A stretch of DNA of 64,000 nucleotides from assembly GCA_013426185.1 (NCBI GenBank), contig CP058602.1, forward strand, positions 399,123-463,122. The letters run 5' to 3'. Under the pieces are notes generated by a model. The model had not been told where the DNA came from. It saw only the letters and a program-made list of their open reading frames with translations, and did not search any database. The DNA comes from Candidatus Woesebacteria bacterium (GTDB lineage Bacteria; Patescibacteriota; Microgenomatia; UBA8517). Shown here in pieces: positions 46,723-57,821 of this stretch. Both the position numbers and the translations under genes were made by a program. The first letter of the stretch is position 1, and each line of letters starts with the position of its first letter.

Positions 46723-47757
46723 TTATTTAACCTCCACCCAAAGCCAATCGTAGCTTGAATTGACCCAATTTATAAGCTCCTTGGTTTCTCCAAATCGGTC
46801 TTGACTCCCAAGAAGAATTATAAGCAAACGATGATCATCTTTTTCATAATAAGTAATCAGGTTTTCCCTTGCATTTTCTGTCCACCCTGTTTTAAGACCC
46901 AAAACCCCATCCACTTCTCCCAACAATTTATTAGTGCTTACAAGGTGCTGTCTTATTTTTCCGTCAGCGCTTTCAATATTTATTTCTTTTTTTCTAACTA
47001 TTGCTTTGATTTCAGGATTCTCAAGCGCTGCTTTTGCAATTAGAACTAAATCACGCGCTGTTGTTTTATGATTTCCACCGTCAAAACCTGTTGGGTTCTC
47101 AAAATGGGTATTAACAGCCCCCAAATCGCTAGCTTTTTTGTTCATAGCCAGAACAAACCCCTCAACTCCGCCGGGATAATTTTCAGCCAAAAGATAGGCT
47201 GCATCATTCGCAGAATAAACCAAAAGAGCATTTACCAAATCTATCACCTTAACACTTTCACCTCTAACAAGACCCATCTTTTGACCATCAATAAACTGAC
47301 CATTAAAAGTAAAAACAGCATTCAGGTCAAAAGACTCAAGCGCAACCAAAGCTGTTACAAGCTTTGTAATTGAAGCTGGAAGCAAAGATAAATCAGGATT
47401 CTTTTCATAAAGAGAAGTGTTACTATCAAGATCAAGAACAATAACTGATTGGGCTGAAAGAACAGGAAAAGAAAAAACTCCTTCCTTAAGAACAGGTTTT
47501 AAGACGAAAACCTTATCCTCAAGAGGAACCTTTTTGTAATCCATTTGATAAGACAAAACTGAACTAGTTTTCTTTACCTCTTGTTTTTGGTGAGATATAA
47601 AAATAAAAAAGAAGATAATTACAAAAGCCGACGACAAATAAATTATGAGATGATCTTTGGCTAGCAGCTTTCCTGCCTTACCCTTTTTTAGCCTAAAAAA
47701 AAGAAAGGAAAAGATTTTGTTCTTCAATTTCAGATTTCTTTTCTTCTTTGCTTTCAT
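46723..47757 (-). CDS. D-alanyl-D-alanine carboxypeptidase (peptidase S11)
   Basis: PASITK, SANDAA, KTG motifs. Confidence 0.92.
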   Translation of the reverse strand: MKAKKKRNLKLKNKIFSFLFFRLKKGKAGKLLAKDHLIIYLSSAFVIIFFFIFISHQKQEVKKTSSVLSYQMDYKKVPLEDKVFVLKPVLKEGVFSFPVLSAQSVIVLDLDSNTSLYEKNPDLSLLPASITKLVTALVALESFDLNAVFTFNGQFIDGQKMGLVRGESVKVIDLVNALLVYSANDAAYLLAENYPGGVEGFVLAMNKKASDLGAVNTHFENPTGFDGGNHKTTARDLVLIAKAALENPEIKAIVRKKEINIESADGKIRQHLVSTNKLLGEVDGVLGLKTGWTENARENLITYYEKDDHRLLIILLGSQDRFGETKELINWVNSSYDWLWVEVK

Positions 47758-47759
47758 AA

Positions 47760-49154
47760 CTACTTCTTGGCAACTTTTATCCCCAACTCTTGAAGTTGTT
47801 CGTCTGTGGCTTCACTTGGAGCATCAAGAACAGAGGTGGTACCGTTTGAAGACATTGGGAAAGCAATCACCTCCCGCAAGCTGGGCTGGCCTAAGATAAC
47901 CATCAGGAGGCGATCAATTCCGGGCGCGATCCCTCCATGAGGTGGAACACCATATTTGAAAGCAGTTAACATATGGTCAAACTGATGCTTTTGTTCCTCG
48001 GTAAAACCAATTAAATCGAAAACTTTATCTTGAATTTCGGGTTGATGAATTCTAATGCTGCCTCCACCCACTTCAAAACCATTCAAAACCAGATCATGCT
48101 GCAAACCCCGCACCCGACCTGGGTCTTTATCCAAAAGTGGAATATCATCAGGATGAGGAGCAGTAAACATATGATGTGAAGGCGCCCACTTAGACTTGCC
48201 CGAACCATAGAAAAAATCTTCTTTTGTCTGCTCACTAAACAGTGGAAAATCAATCACCCAAGCAAAAGCCAATTCGTCAGGATTATTTTTGTCTTTTCTC
48301 AAGTCAGGCTTGTCACTACCGTACTTTTCCATTGCCTCATGATGAGAAATTCTAGGCCAAGGCTCCTTAGTAAACTTCTTATTTGGAAAAAGCTTTTTAA
48401 TCATCTTGGTAAACATCTCCTCAACCAAAGCCAAAATATCATCTTGGGTCACAAAGCTCATTTCAATATCAAGTTGTGTAAACTCACCATAGGCTCTGTC
48501 TGCTCTTGGATCTTCATCACGAAAGCATCTTGCAATTTGGAAATATCTTTCAAATCCGGCAACCATTAAAAGCTGCTTATATTGCTGAGGAGATTGAGGT
48601 AAAGCATAAAACTTCCCAGGTTGAAGTCGAGAGGGAACTATAAAATCACGAGCGCCCTCAGGAGTAGTTTTTGTCAAAATTGGGGTCTCGATCTCCACAA
48701 AATCACGTTCAAAGAGCCAGTTTCTTAAAAATTGAAGAACTTTAAAACGATTCCTGATATTTTTGGTCATACGAGGCCTTCTTAAATCAAGATAACGATA
48801 CTTAAGACGAACCGCTTCTTCTATTTCAAGACCATCTGTATCAAGAGGAAGAGGCAATTCCGAAGCCAAACTTATAACTTCAAGGTGTTTTACTTCTATT
48901 TCAACTTTCCCTGTTTCAAGATTGGGGTTAACTAATTTTTCTGGTCTTTCACGAACAACTCCAACAACTTCAACTACTGATTCGACAGTCAATTTTGGCA
49001 AAGAGCTAAAAACACACTGGACTATCGCGCTTCTATCTCTTAAGTCGATAAAAGCTATTTTTCCATGATCACGAATAGAATTGACCCAACCCAAAAGTCT
49101 GACCTTCTTGCCAACCAATTTCGTTGTTTCAATCGCTAAAGTTCTTTTTCCCAT
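47760..49154 (-). CDS. aspS: aspartate--tRNA ligase (lacks GAD domain)
   Basis: RLKYRYLDLRR, PEGARDF, LPQSPQQYKQLLM, PPHGGIAPGIDR. Confidence 0.96.
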   Translation of the reverse strand: MGKRTLAIETTKLVGKKVRLLGWVNSIRDHGKIAFIDLRDRSAIVQCVFSSLPKLTVESVVEVVGVVRERPEKLVNPNLETGKVEIEVKHLEVISLASELPLPLDTDGLEIEEAVRLKYRYLDLRRPRMTKNIRNRFKVLQFLRNWLFERDFVEIETPILTKTTPEGARDFIVPSRLQPGKFYALPQSPQQYKQLLMVAGFERYFQIARCFRDEDPRADRAYGEFTQLDIEMSFVTQDDILALVEEMFTKMIKKLFPNKKFTKEPWPRISHHEAMEKYGSDKPDLRKDKNNPDELAFAWVIDFPLFSEQTKEDFFYGSGKSKWAPSHHMFTAPHPDDIPLLDKDPGRVRGLQHDLVLNGFEVGGGSIRIHQPEIQDKVFDLIGFTEEQKHQFDHMLTAFKYGVPPHGGIAPGIDRLLMVILGQPSLREVIAFPMSSNGTTSVLDAPSEATDEQLQELGIKVAKK

Positions 49155-49199
49155 TACTTCAAGATATTTTAATCTCAAAAAGGAAGACTTACAAGAAGA

Positions 49200-49500
49200 A
49201 CTTATAACTCAAAACTTAAAACTTAAAAGTTAACAATTAGATTATAGATTTTGGATTATTGTAGATTATAGAATAAAATTACAAATCACAAATTACAATA
49301 TACAAACAAATTACAATATACAAATTCCAAATTTTAATCTCTAATTTCTAAATTCTAAACAATTCTACAATTATCCAATTTTCCAAATTACAAACAAATC
49401 AGGAATACTGAATATAGTATTATGAATTATGTATTATGGGGGTAATGCATTTCTCTGCATAATACATAATACAAGATACTAAATACCAGCTTTCGACTAG
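49200..49500. repeat. heptamer-periodic intergenic tract, inverted relative of 23780-24130
   Basis: CAAACAAATTACAATATACAAATT and CCAATTTTCCAAATTACAAA are reverse complements of segments at 23865-23948. Confidence 0.75.
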
Positions 49501-49510
49501 CTTCGACTAA

Positions 49511-50992
49511 CTATTGTCTCAACGCTTTCTTTATTTCCCTTTTTGCCGCACTCGTCGCCACAAAATCAAGCCAATCACGACGCGGCTTTTGAGGATTTTT
49601 ACTTTTGATTATTTCAACAACATCCCCGCTTTTTAGTTTATAATCAAGTGGGACTATCCTGCCATTTACTTTTGCTCCTTTAATATAATTACCTAGATGT
49701 GTGTGCACAGCATAAGCAAAATCAACAGGTGTGGCATCAGCAGGTAAATCATAAACATCTCCAGCCGGCGAAAAAACAAAATTTCTATGCATTAGAACAT
49801 CAAACTTAACTGCCTCAAGATATTCTTTAGAATCGCTTAGCTCTTCCTGCCAACGGACCAACTGATTTACCCACCCCATTTTCTCTTTTGGAGCTTTCAC
49901 ACCTATCTCCTCGAGATAGGCCCCACTCTTGCCCTTTGCTTTCTCCTCGCTATAAGCCCAATGAGCTGCAAGACCATATTCTGCTTCCTGATGCATCTTT
50001 TGTGTTCTTATCTGAATCTCAACAATTTTACCCTTAGGCCCAAAAACTTTTGTATGGATAGAGCGATAACCATTAGGCTTTGGCTGAGCAATAAAATCCG
50101 AAATCCCCAAGTAAGGCACGGGTTTATAGAAATTATGAATTATACCCAAGCTTGAATAACAAGCAGGAATGTTATTATCTTCAACAATAACTCTTAAGGC
50201 TACGATATCATAAATCTTTCCAAAATCACCGGCAATTTCAGGCCTCTTCAACTTCGTCCACAAAGAATAAAGATGCTTCTTCCTTGACTGCATAACTACT
50301 CGTATTTTTTCCTCTGCCAAATAACGCAAGATCTTCTGCCTCATAGTTTTTATAATATTTTCAGCCTCTTTATAGTAAGGTTTGGAAATCTTCACAAGGT
50401 TTTGATATTCATCAGGGTAAAGATAAAAAAAAGACAAGTCTTCAAGTACACCCTTAACCTCTCCCATACCCAATCTCTCAGCCAAGGGAGCATAAATTTC
50501 AAGCGTCTCCCGAGCAATCTTTTTCTGCCTATCGGAAGGCAAAGCCCAAAGAGTTCTCATATTGTGGAGTCTATCGGCTAATTTAACAAAAACTACTCTC
50601 AAATCTCGGGCCATAGCCAAAAACATTTTTCTTAAATTCTCAACAAACTGATCCTCTTTGGATCCTCTCAATTTAATGGAAGAAACCTTACTGACACCTT
50701 GAACAAGATAGGCTATATCAGAACCAAACTTGGTCTCTAATTTTTCTTTCTTAACACCAGCATCTTCTATAGTGTCATGAAGAAGACCTGCAATAACAGT
50801 AGCCAAGTCTAACTTCCAATCAGCTAAAATTAGAGCAGTCTCCAAAGAATGAGAGACATAAGGATCACCAGAGAATCTTAACTGACCTTGATGCGCTTCT
50901 TGGGCAAATTGCCATGCCTCATCAAGAAGTTTCTCTTCCTTTCTGCTATTTAAGTCTAACTTTCTCTTTAACTCAAGAAATTTCTCCTCCAT
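49511..50992 (-). CDS. rel: RelA/SpoT (p)ppGpp synthetase/hydrolase, short HD-SYN-TGS form
   Basis: LLHDTIED, KLADRLHNMRT, KPNGYRSIH, EIQIRT, TPVDFAYAVHT. Confidence 0.93.
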   Translation of the reverse strand: MEEKFLELKRKLDLNSRKEEKLLDEAWQFAQEAHQGQLRFSGDPYVSHSLETALILADWKLDLATVIAGLLHDTIEDAGVKKEKLETKFGSDIAYLVQGVSKVSSIKLRGSKEDQFVENLRKMFLAMARDLRVVFVKLADRLHNMRTLWALPSDRQKKIARETLEIYAPLAERLGMGEVKGVLEDLSFFYLYPDEYQNLVKISKPYYKEAENIIKTMRQKILRYLAEEKIRVVMQSRKKHLYSLWTKLKRPEIAGDFGKIYDIVALRVIVEDNNIPACYSSLGIIHNFYKPVPYLGISDFIAQPKPNGYRSIHTKVFGPKGKIVEIQIRTQKMHQEAEYGLAAHWAYSEEKAKGKSGAYLEEIGVKAPKEKMGWVNQLVRWQEELSDSKEYLEAVKFDVLMHRNFVFSPAGDVYDLPADATPVDFAYAVHTHLGNYIKGAKVNGRIVPLDYKLKSGDVVEIIKSKNPQKPRRDWLDFVATSAAKREIKKALRQ

Positions 50993-52681
50993 CTAACTAA
51001 TTTTAAAATCTTTTAACCTAAGTTCTATTTTTTCAATACCATTCCAATTATTTTTATCAATACCAAACACGATGTCTAAAAAAGTATCTCTTTTTATTCG
51101 AGACAGAGAATTTCCAAAACCAAAAGCAACCGCTTCAAATATTCTTTGAGAATGATTTAAAACTAGACGCAAATGTTTACCATCTTTCCCCATATTTTTC
51201 GCATCTAGCACTCTCACTTTGCGAGAAAGAAAAATTGGAGAAGGATTATCTATACCCAGAGGCTCAAAAAGAGAGAGAGCTAAAAGCAATTTATCATCTA
51301 TAAAATCAAAGTCCACCTCAAGATCAACATAAAGCTTGGGTTGTAAGAGACTATCTTTTATCTTTTTGTTGGCATATCTAATAAATTTCTCTTTGAAACT
51401 ATCAATCTTGTCTGTTTTTATAGAAAAGCCTGCTGCCATCGAATGACCACCCAATGATTCGAACATGCTCTCAAATTCTCTTAGTCCTTTTGTGATATCA
51501 AACCCAGCTACAGAACGAACAGAAGCTTTGGAAAACCCTTTTTTCTCTGAAATAACAACAGCTGGTCGATAAAATTCTTCAACTAACTTGCCTGCCACCA
51601 AACCTATAATTCCCTCATTGTAATCTCGCCCTTTAACTACCAAGACCTTGTTCCCAAGCTCTCTCGTGGCTTTGATACGCACTTCTTCCACAAGCTTGTC
51701 TACCATATTTTGCCTTTCTTGATTAACCCGACTTAAATGCAAAGCCAGATCCCGTGCTTTTTCCTGATTTTTGGTACATAAAAGATGCAAAGATTCAAGA
51801 GCATGAGAAATTCTGCCCATAGCATTAATCCGCGGCGCGATAACATAATTCATCTCATAAGTCCCTATCTCACCTTTTTTGATACCAGCCTCTTTAAAAA
51901 GCTCTATAAGACCTTTTCTTTTGGTGTTATTTATAGCCTCAATTCCATATTTAGCAAAACTACGATTAACCCCAACAAGTGGCATCTGATCAGCTATTGT
52001 GCCTATTGCCAGAAGATCTAGGCCATCATTGTCATAGAATGAATTCTTAACTTCCATCTTCTTCTTTAAGAAAGAAGACAAGAACCAGGAAACTCCCGCC
52101 CCTGAGATTTTTTCAGTGTGAATGACAACATCAGCAGCGGGAATTTTGGGACCTTTTTTATGGTGATCACTAACAACAACCTCAAGTCCCATTTCCTTAA
52201 TCCTTTTCACCTCATCAAAGGCAACTATGCCATTATCAACAGTAATCACCATTCCTAAATCAGGATACTTTTTTTTCAAGCGAGCCACACTCTCAGCTCT
52301 TACACCATAACCTTCCTTGGCGCGGTCAGGCAAATACGGCAAAACTTTAAACCCTCGAGAATACAAGGCTTCCCATAAAATAGCGCTTCCTGTTATTCCA
52401 TCAGCATCATAGTCTCCATAAATAATAATTGATTGACCTTTTTTGCCAACTTCTTTTATCTTGGCGACTGCTTCTTCCAATTTTTCTTCGTCAAGGCCAA
52501 CATCTGAAGCTTTCAATTTAAAAGGATGAGGTGGATTAAGAAAGAATTCTCTCTCTTTTTTATCTTTAATACCCCTATTTTCCAAAAGAATGGTCGTCAA
52601 GCGATTAATATCAAGCTTTGATTTTGAATCTAACGAGCTCTTTATTTCCCAAATTTTGCCAGAAACACCAATAATCGCCAT
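50993..52681 (-). CDS. recJ: single-stranded DNA exonuclease RecJ
   Basis: YGDYDADG, TVDNG, SDHH, PRINAMGR, GGHSMAAG. Confidence 0.95.
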   Translation of the reverse strand: MAIIGVSGKIWEIKSSLDSKSKLDINRLTTILLENRGIKDKKEREFFLNPPHPFKLKASDVGLDEEKLEEAVAKIKEVGKKGQSIIIYGDYDADGITGSAILWEALYSRGFKVLPYLPDRAKEGYGVRAESVARLKKKYPDLGMVITVDNGIVAFDEVKRIKEMGLEVVVSDHHKKGPKIPAADVVIHTEKISGAGVSWFLSSFLKKKMEVKNSFYDNDGLDLLAIGTIADQMPLVGVNRSFAKYGIEAINNTKRKGLIELFKEAGIKKGEIGTYEMNYVIAPRINAMGRISHALESLHLLCTKNQEKARDLALHLSRVNQERQNMVDKLVEEVRIKATRELGNKVLVVKGRDYNEGIIGLVAGKLVEEFYRPAVVISEKKGFSKASVRSVAGFDITKGLREFESMFESLGGHSMAAGFSIKTDKIDSFKEKFIRYANKKIKDSLLQPKLYVDLEVDFDFIDDKLLLALSLFEPLGIDNPSPIFLSRKVRVLDAKNMGKDGKHLRLVLNHSQRIFEAVAFGFGNSLSRIKRDTFLDIVFGIDKNNWNGIEKIELRLKDFKIS

Positions 52682-52683
52682 AA

Positions 52684-54084
52684 TTGAAGTATAATAATAC
52701 CAGAATGGAAATTAAACTACCAGAAAAAGTCATAGAAATCATAAAGATATTAAAAGACAACAAATTTGAAGCCTATATTGTCGGCGGCGCGGTAAGAGAT
52801 ATCCTGATGGGTAAAGACGTCTATGATTGGGATTTTACAACAAACGCCACACCAGAAGAGATGCTTAAAATTTTTTCCAATAGTTATTACGACAACGAAT
52901 TTGGAACAGTAGGTATTCCCAACGAAAAAGAAGGAGAAAGACCTTATGAAATTACAACCTTCAGGACTGAAAGAAAATATGATGATAAAAGGCATCCGTC
53001 GGAAGTTAAATGGGGCAAGACTCTTGAAGAGGACTTAAAAAGACGAGATTTTACTATCAACGCTATGGCTTTTGATATTTTGAAAGATAAGCCTAAAGTT
53101 GAAGTTAGGTTAATCGATTATTTTGACGGGCAAAAAGATATGGAAAAGAAATTAATCAGAGCGGTTGGTGAACCACAAGAAAGATTTTCAGAAGACGCCT
53201 TAAGAATGATGCGGGCAGTAAGAATAGCAGCTGAGCTTAATTTTAAAATCGAAGAAAAGACTCTTGAAGCAATAAAAAATAATGCGAGTTTAATCAAAAA
53301 AATTGCCTACGAAAGGGTAAGAGACGAGTTACTTAAATTACTTGCTTCCAATCATCCTTATGAAGGCGTGTTGGTATTGAGAGAGTCTGGTTTGATGGAA
53401 ATAATTTTACCTGAACTTGAAAAAACATTTGGGGTTGACCAAGTTTCCCCAAACAGGCACCACATCTATGATGTTGGAACACACAGTCTTCTCACCTTGA
53501 AATATACCGCTTTAAAAAACAATGACCCCATAACAAGGCTTGCAAGTCTAATTCATGATGTTGGCAAATATCAAACTTATAAAAAACAAGATAATGGAGT
53601 TATTACTTTCTACAATCACGAAATAGTAGGTGCAAAAATTGCAAACCGTATTGCAGACCGCTTAAAATTTTCCAAAAAACAGAAAGACAAACTTTGGCGT
53701 CTTGTCCGTTATCATCAATTCACAGTAGATGAAAAGCAAACTGATTCTGCCATAAGAAGATTTATTAGAGAAGTTGGAATTGAAAATGTAAAAGACGCAA
53801 TTGATATAAGAGTTGGAGACAGACTCGGAAGTGGAGCTAGAGAAACTAGCTGGAGGCTAGAAGCGTTTAAAAGAAGGCTAGTTGAAGTCCAAAAAGAGCC
53901 ATTTAGTATCCACGACCTTAAAATAGACGGAAATCAAGTTATGGAGATTTTGAAAATTAAACCTGGTCCAAAAGTAGGGCAAGTGCTCCAAATTCTTTTT
54001 GAGAAAGTGGTCAACAAAGAATTGCCCAACGAAGAAGAAGCTCTAAAAGAAGAAGTCGCAAATATCGGAAAAGGCTTATCTTAA
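52684..54084 (+). CDS. cca: CCA tRNA nucleotidyltransferase (with HD domain)
   Basis: VGGAVRD, DWDFTT, RRDFTINA, EDALRMMRAVR, LIHDVGK. Confidence 0.92.
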   Translation: MKYNNTRMEIKLPEKVIEIIKILKDNKFEAYIVGGAVRDILMGKDVYDWDFTTNATPEEMLKIFSNSYYDNEFGTVGIPNEKEGERPYEITTFRTERKYDDKRHPSEVKWGKTLEEDLKRRDFTINAMAFDILKDKPKVEVRLIDYFDGQKDMEKKLIRAVGEPQERFSEDALRMMRAVRIAAELNFKIEEKTLEAIKNNASLIKKIAYERVRDELLKLLASNHPYEGVLVLRESGLMEIILPELEKTFGVDQVSPNRHHIYDVGTHSLLTLKYTALKNNDPITRLASLIHDVGKYQTYKKQDNGVITFYNHEIVGAKIANRIADRLKFSKKQKDKLWRLVRYHQFTVDEKQTDSAIRRFIREVGIENVKDAIDIRVGDRLGSGARETSWRLEAFKRRLVEVQKEPFSIHDLKIDGNQVMEILKIKPGPKVGQVLQILFEKVVNKELPNEEEALKEEVANIGKGLS

Positions 54085-54179
54085 GAGCTAAGTGATTTCA
54101 AAATAAAAAACTTAAACCTATAATCTATCGGATATTCACCCCTCTGGATGAGAAGATTAATCCTAATACTTTATCAAAA

Positions 54180-55025
54180 TCACCCAGGCTTACACCCCCT
54201 AGCAAAATAATAACCGAGTAGTCCTCTTTCTATGGCCTGATGAGAAGCTATAGGAGCTCTTCTGCTTCTCCTCAAAATTTCGGAGCCAGGATCTCCTTCG
54301 GTTATCCTTAAACTAGCATGTTCGCTCATTCTCCTGACAGATCCAATTATACTAGGTGTATGATCTACTAAAACTATATCCGTAAAACCGATTGCCTCCC
54401 AAACATTCTCTAATTCCCTCGCTTTCAAGACACTAGGAATGCACCAACCATCTTTAATCTGCTCCAAAAGCGCACCCTCAACTTCATCCAAAGGATCCCT
54501 TAGTAAAAACATATCGCTCAGGACAACCCTACCGCCCGGCTTAAGAACACGGAAGGTCTCTTGCATAAGCAACACCTTATCATAAGAGTGAACATAACTC
54601 TCGCAAAAAATAACCGCATCGAATACCTCGGTAGGAAAAGATAGATAATGATAGTCTTGACAACTAAATAGTATCTGACCTTCTGGAGCTTGATGCCGAT
54701 AATTCTCAGCGGAAATTAACTGGTTATAGGCAATGTTAACTCCCACAACCTTTACACTTGGATGCTTGCCAACAAGTTCAAATGTCAGCGCTCCCGACCC
54801 GCAACCAGCATCCAACACTAATGAACGAGGTGGTAGTTGTGCAAAATTGATAAGCTGTCTTGTAAGCTCTTTAACCTCTTCGTAATGAGATAGGTTCCTC
54901 CCTTCAACAGCAAAACCAGCATGAAGAGCATAAACTCCTTCTCTCTCCTCGTCTCTTCCCCAGTTGTTATAGGCTTGTTCTGCTGCAAGATAATAACCTT
55001 TAATCTTTTCAATTATCTCTTTCAT
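54180..55025 (-). CDS. class I SAM-dependent methyltransferase (tocopherol/sterol MT-like)
   Basis: LHAGF, VLDAGCGSG, RVLKPGGRVVLSD. Confidence 0.88.
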   Translation of the reverse strand: MKEIIEKIKGYYLAAEQAYNNWGRDEEREGVYALHAGFAVEGRNLSHYEEVKELTRQLINFAQLPPRSLVLDAGCGSGALTFELVGKHPSVKVVGVNIAYNQLISAENYRHQAPEGQILFSCQDYHYLSFPTEVFDAVIFCESYVHSYDKVLLMQETFRVLKPGGRVVLSDMFLLRDPLDEVEGALLEQIKDGWCIPSVLKARELENVWEAIGFTDIVLVDHTPSIIGSVRRMSEHASLRITEGDPGSEILRRSRRAPIASHQAIERGLLGYYFARGCKPG

Positions 55026-55504
55026 ATTCTTTTCAAAAAATATTTAACTACTCTTCTGAAAGTTATTTTTAACTCACGATAAGTTAGTAAAGAAAGAATT
55101 TTGTCCGAACTGTACCAATGTGCCCAAATAACATCCTTATCTATAGGAGTGAAAATCAAATTACCTCTTCTGAGAAAGACAACAAAAACTTGTTGCCAGC
55201 TCTCTATTTTGAGTGGCAAATTTTTATATTTAAATTTATGTATTAATGGTATTGAAATTAATTCTGATTTTTTGATTTCAAGGCCGGTTTCCTCCAATAA
55301 TTCTCTAATCGCCGCTTCGCGAAAATCCTCAAAAGGATTTAAACTCCCACTTGGAAAGGTTACCGCATTACTGGGCATAGATTTAATAACCAGAAATATC
55401 CTTCTTTTATTCCTGTTTCTACAAACAATTACAAGCACTCCAGGTAACGCTTTACTTTTTATTAGAAACTTTATGTTGTTGATGAATTTGAGAAATCTAT
55501 CCAT
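55022..55504 (-). CDS. NUDIX hydrolase
   Basis: PSGSLNPFEDFREAAIRELLEETG. Confidence 0.85.
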   Translation of the reverse strand: MDRFLKFINNIKFLIKSKALPGVLVIVCRNRNKRRIFLVIKSMPSNAVTFPSGSLNPFEDFREAAIRELLEETGLEIKKSELISIPLIHKFKYKNLPLKIESWQQVFVVFLRRGNLIFTPIDKDVIWAHWYSSDKILSLLTYRELKITFRRVVKYFLKRI

Positions 55505-55563
55505 TCTATCTCCCTCTAACTAAAATAATTATTTAATTTCTGATTGACAATTTTTTGCAGATT

Positions 55564-56460
55564 CTACTTTGAAAGTCTTCTCAGGCGCAGTTTTTCTTCA
55601 ACACTATTCCAAACCACAAGAAGGGGAACTGCAACAAATGGCGAGGAATAAGTACCAGAGATTGTACCAACCAAAAGAGCCGCAGCAAACCATTTAACTG
55701 TTGAGCCACCAAGAAGTATCATCGCAAGAAGCATAAAAATTATGGTAAAAGAATTATTTAAAGATCTGACCATAGTCTCGCTTAAAGCACGATTGGCAAG
55801 AGAAGTAATCTCTCCTCCTTCCTTTTTCTGTAATTCTCTTATCCTGTCATAAACAACAATCGTATCGTGAACCGAAAAAGAAAGAGTGGTCAAAAGTGCA
55901 GTAACAAAAAGAAAATCTACTTCAGCAGAGAAAAAGCGACCAAACCAAGCAAAAGACCCAATCAAAATAAAGGTATCATGAAACATTGCCAAAATAGCAG
56001 AAACCCCAAACTTAAAGCTACTAAACTGACGCGCCACCATCAAAAGAATAAAAAATGAGCTGATTAAAACCGCATAGACTGTCTTTTTGACAAGCTCAGG
56101 ACCAACCGATGGTCCTACGCTTTCAAATCTCAATTCTTCAACCTTACCATTAGTAGTATCCTTTAAAATCTTGTTTAGTTTTTCCTTCTGACTTTCATCA
56201 ATATTTGAGAGACGAAACAAATAGACATCATCACTACCCACTTGAGAAATCGAAGAAACATTTACTCCCAATTCTTTTTCTATTTGAGATGTTATAGCTT
56301 CAGTCGGCGCATTCTTAATAAGTTTATATTCGGCCATTACTCCACCTGTAAAATCAACACCAAGCTTAAGTCCCCATCTCAAAAGTCCAAAAATAGAAAG
56401 AAAAAGCGCTAAAAGCGAGATACTAAAATAAATATATTTATATTTTAACCAGTTAATCAT
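55564..56460 (-). CDS. secF: protein translocase subunit SecF
   Basis: GVDFTGG, SVGPSVG, SVHDTIVVYDRIRE, GTYSS. Confidence 0.95.
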   Translation of the reverse strand: MINWLKYKYIYFSISLLALFLSIFGLLRWGLKLGVDFTGGVMAEYKLIKNAPTEAITSQIEKELGVNVSSISQVGSDDVYLFRLSNIDESQKEKLNKILKDTTNGKVEELRFESVGPSVGPELVKKTVYAVLISSFFILLMVARQFSSFKFGVSAILAMFHDTFILIGSFAWFGRFFSAEVDFLFVTALLTTLSFSVHDTIVVYDRIRELQKKEGGEITSLANRALSETMVRSLNNSFTIIFMLLAMILLGGSTVKWFAAALLVGTISGTYSSPFVAVPLLVVWNSVEEKLRLRRLSK

Positions 56461-57814
56461 TTTTGTTTTTCTCCCGAACAAAAACACGAAGCAGATTCCT
56501 TGAGACAACAATACCCGTAAACATACTAAGGCCCACTCCAAGCGCCAAAGTTATAGCAAAACCTCGCACAGGACCTGAAGTGTGCAAAAAACCCCAATCA
56601 AAAGGATTAGCAAGAACAAAGGCGGTAGTTAAAGTTGCAATATTGGCATCACGAATTGAATCCCAAGCTCTTCCAAAAGAAACTTCAAGAGCCTCGCGCA
56701 GTGGTCTTCTTGGCCTTTCTTCTTTAAACCTTTCAAAAATCAGGATATTGCTGTCAACCGCCATCCCAACTGAAAGCAAAAAGCCAGCAATACCAGGAAG
56801 AGTCAAGACAACAGGGATCAATTTATACAAAGCAAGACTGATAACAGCAAAGACAAAAAGAGCAATGCTGGCAATTAAACCAAGCCAACCGTAGGATAAA
56901 ACCATAAACAAAACAACCATAAAAAGACCTATCAATCCTGCTTGAATACTTCTTTGGATAGACTCTTCACCTAAAGTGGCACCGACAGTTCTTTGTTCAA
57001 TCAATTTAACAGGGACAGGGAGAGCTCCCGCATTAAGTTGTATGGTCATCTTTTTAGCCTCATCAAGCGTAAAGTCACCGGTAATCTGTGCCATACCGCC
57101 AGCTATCTTCTCTTTCACCAAAGGAGCAGAAATAATCTCATTATCAAGAAAAATAGGTAACACTTTATTAACATTTCTTTCGGTTAAAGTCTCAAACTTC
57201 TTTGCTCCCTCAGGAGTAAATTCAAGACTCACAGAAGGTTTACCTGTGGTATTGTCAAAAACTACACTTGCTTTTTTCAAATCAGCGCCAGTCAGATCAC
57301 TAAAGGTAAAAGGAAGCTCGTTTGTCTTTTTCTCTCCCTCTCCCTCTTTAATTTCCTTAACCTCTGCAAAGACAAGCTGAGCTGTCTGACCAATCAAAGC
57401 TGTAGCATCCCTAGGATCGCTTACTCCAGGCAATTCAACAATAATTCTGCTTTTGCCTTCAAATAAAGAGGTTTGAACATTGGGTTCTGACACGCCAAAA
57501 AAATTAACCCGCCTCTCAATCACTTCTTTAAGAGAAGAAAGAGCAGTTGCTTTTTCCCCTTCTGGAATTTTTGATAAATCAGCCTCAAAAACCAAGTGGC
57601 TGCCTCCCGCAAGATCAAGCCCTAAAACCAAATCAAGGCTTCTTTTAAATGAAAATCGACCCAACTTAAGATCAATATTGCCTCTTTCCAAAGTCTTGTC
57701 AAAAGAATATCTGCCTACTTTAAACTTTACAGGAAGTTTGGCTGGCAAGCTAATATAAAGGCAAATCAAGGTAACAAGAAAAATGGCAATAACCTTAAAA
57801 AGAGGTGACTTCAT
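56453..57814 (-). CDS. secD: protein translocase subunit SecD
   Basis: LGLDLAGG, GVSEP, GALPVP, GMAVDSNILIFER. Confidence 0.95.
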   Translation of the reverse strand: MKSPLFKVIAIFLVTLICLYISLPAKLPVKFKVGRYSFDKTLERGNIDLKLGRFSFKRSLDLVLGLDLAGGSHLVFEADLSKIPEGEKATALSSLKEVIERRVNFFGVSEPNVQTSLFEGKSRIIVELPGVSDPRDATALIGQTAQLVFAEVKEIKEGEGEKKTNELPFTFSDLTGADLKKASVVFDNTTGKPSVSLEFTPEGAKKFETLTERNVNKVLPIFLDNEIISAPLVKEKIAGGMAQITGDFTLDEAKKMTIQLNAGALPVPVKLIEQRTVGATLGEESIQRSIQAGLIGLFMVVLFMVLSYGWLGLIASIALFVFAVISLALYKLIPVVLTLPGIAGFLLSVGMAVDSNILIFERFKEERPRRPLREALEVSFGRAWDSIRDANIATLTTAFVLANPFDWGFLHTSGPVRGFAITLALGVGLSMFTGIVVSRNLLRVFVREKNKND

Positions 57815-57821
57815 ATAACCA

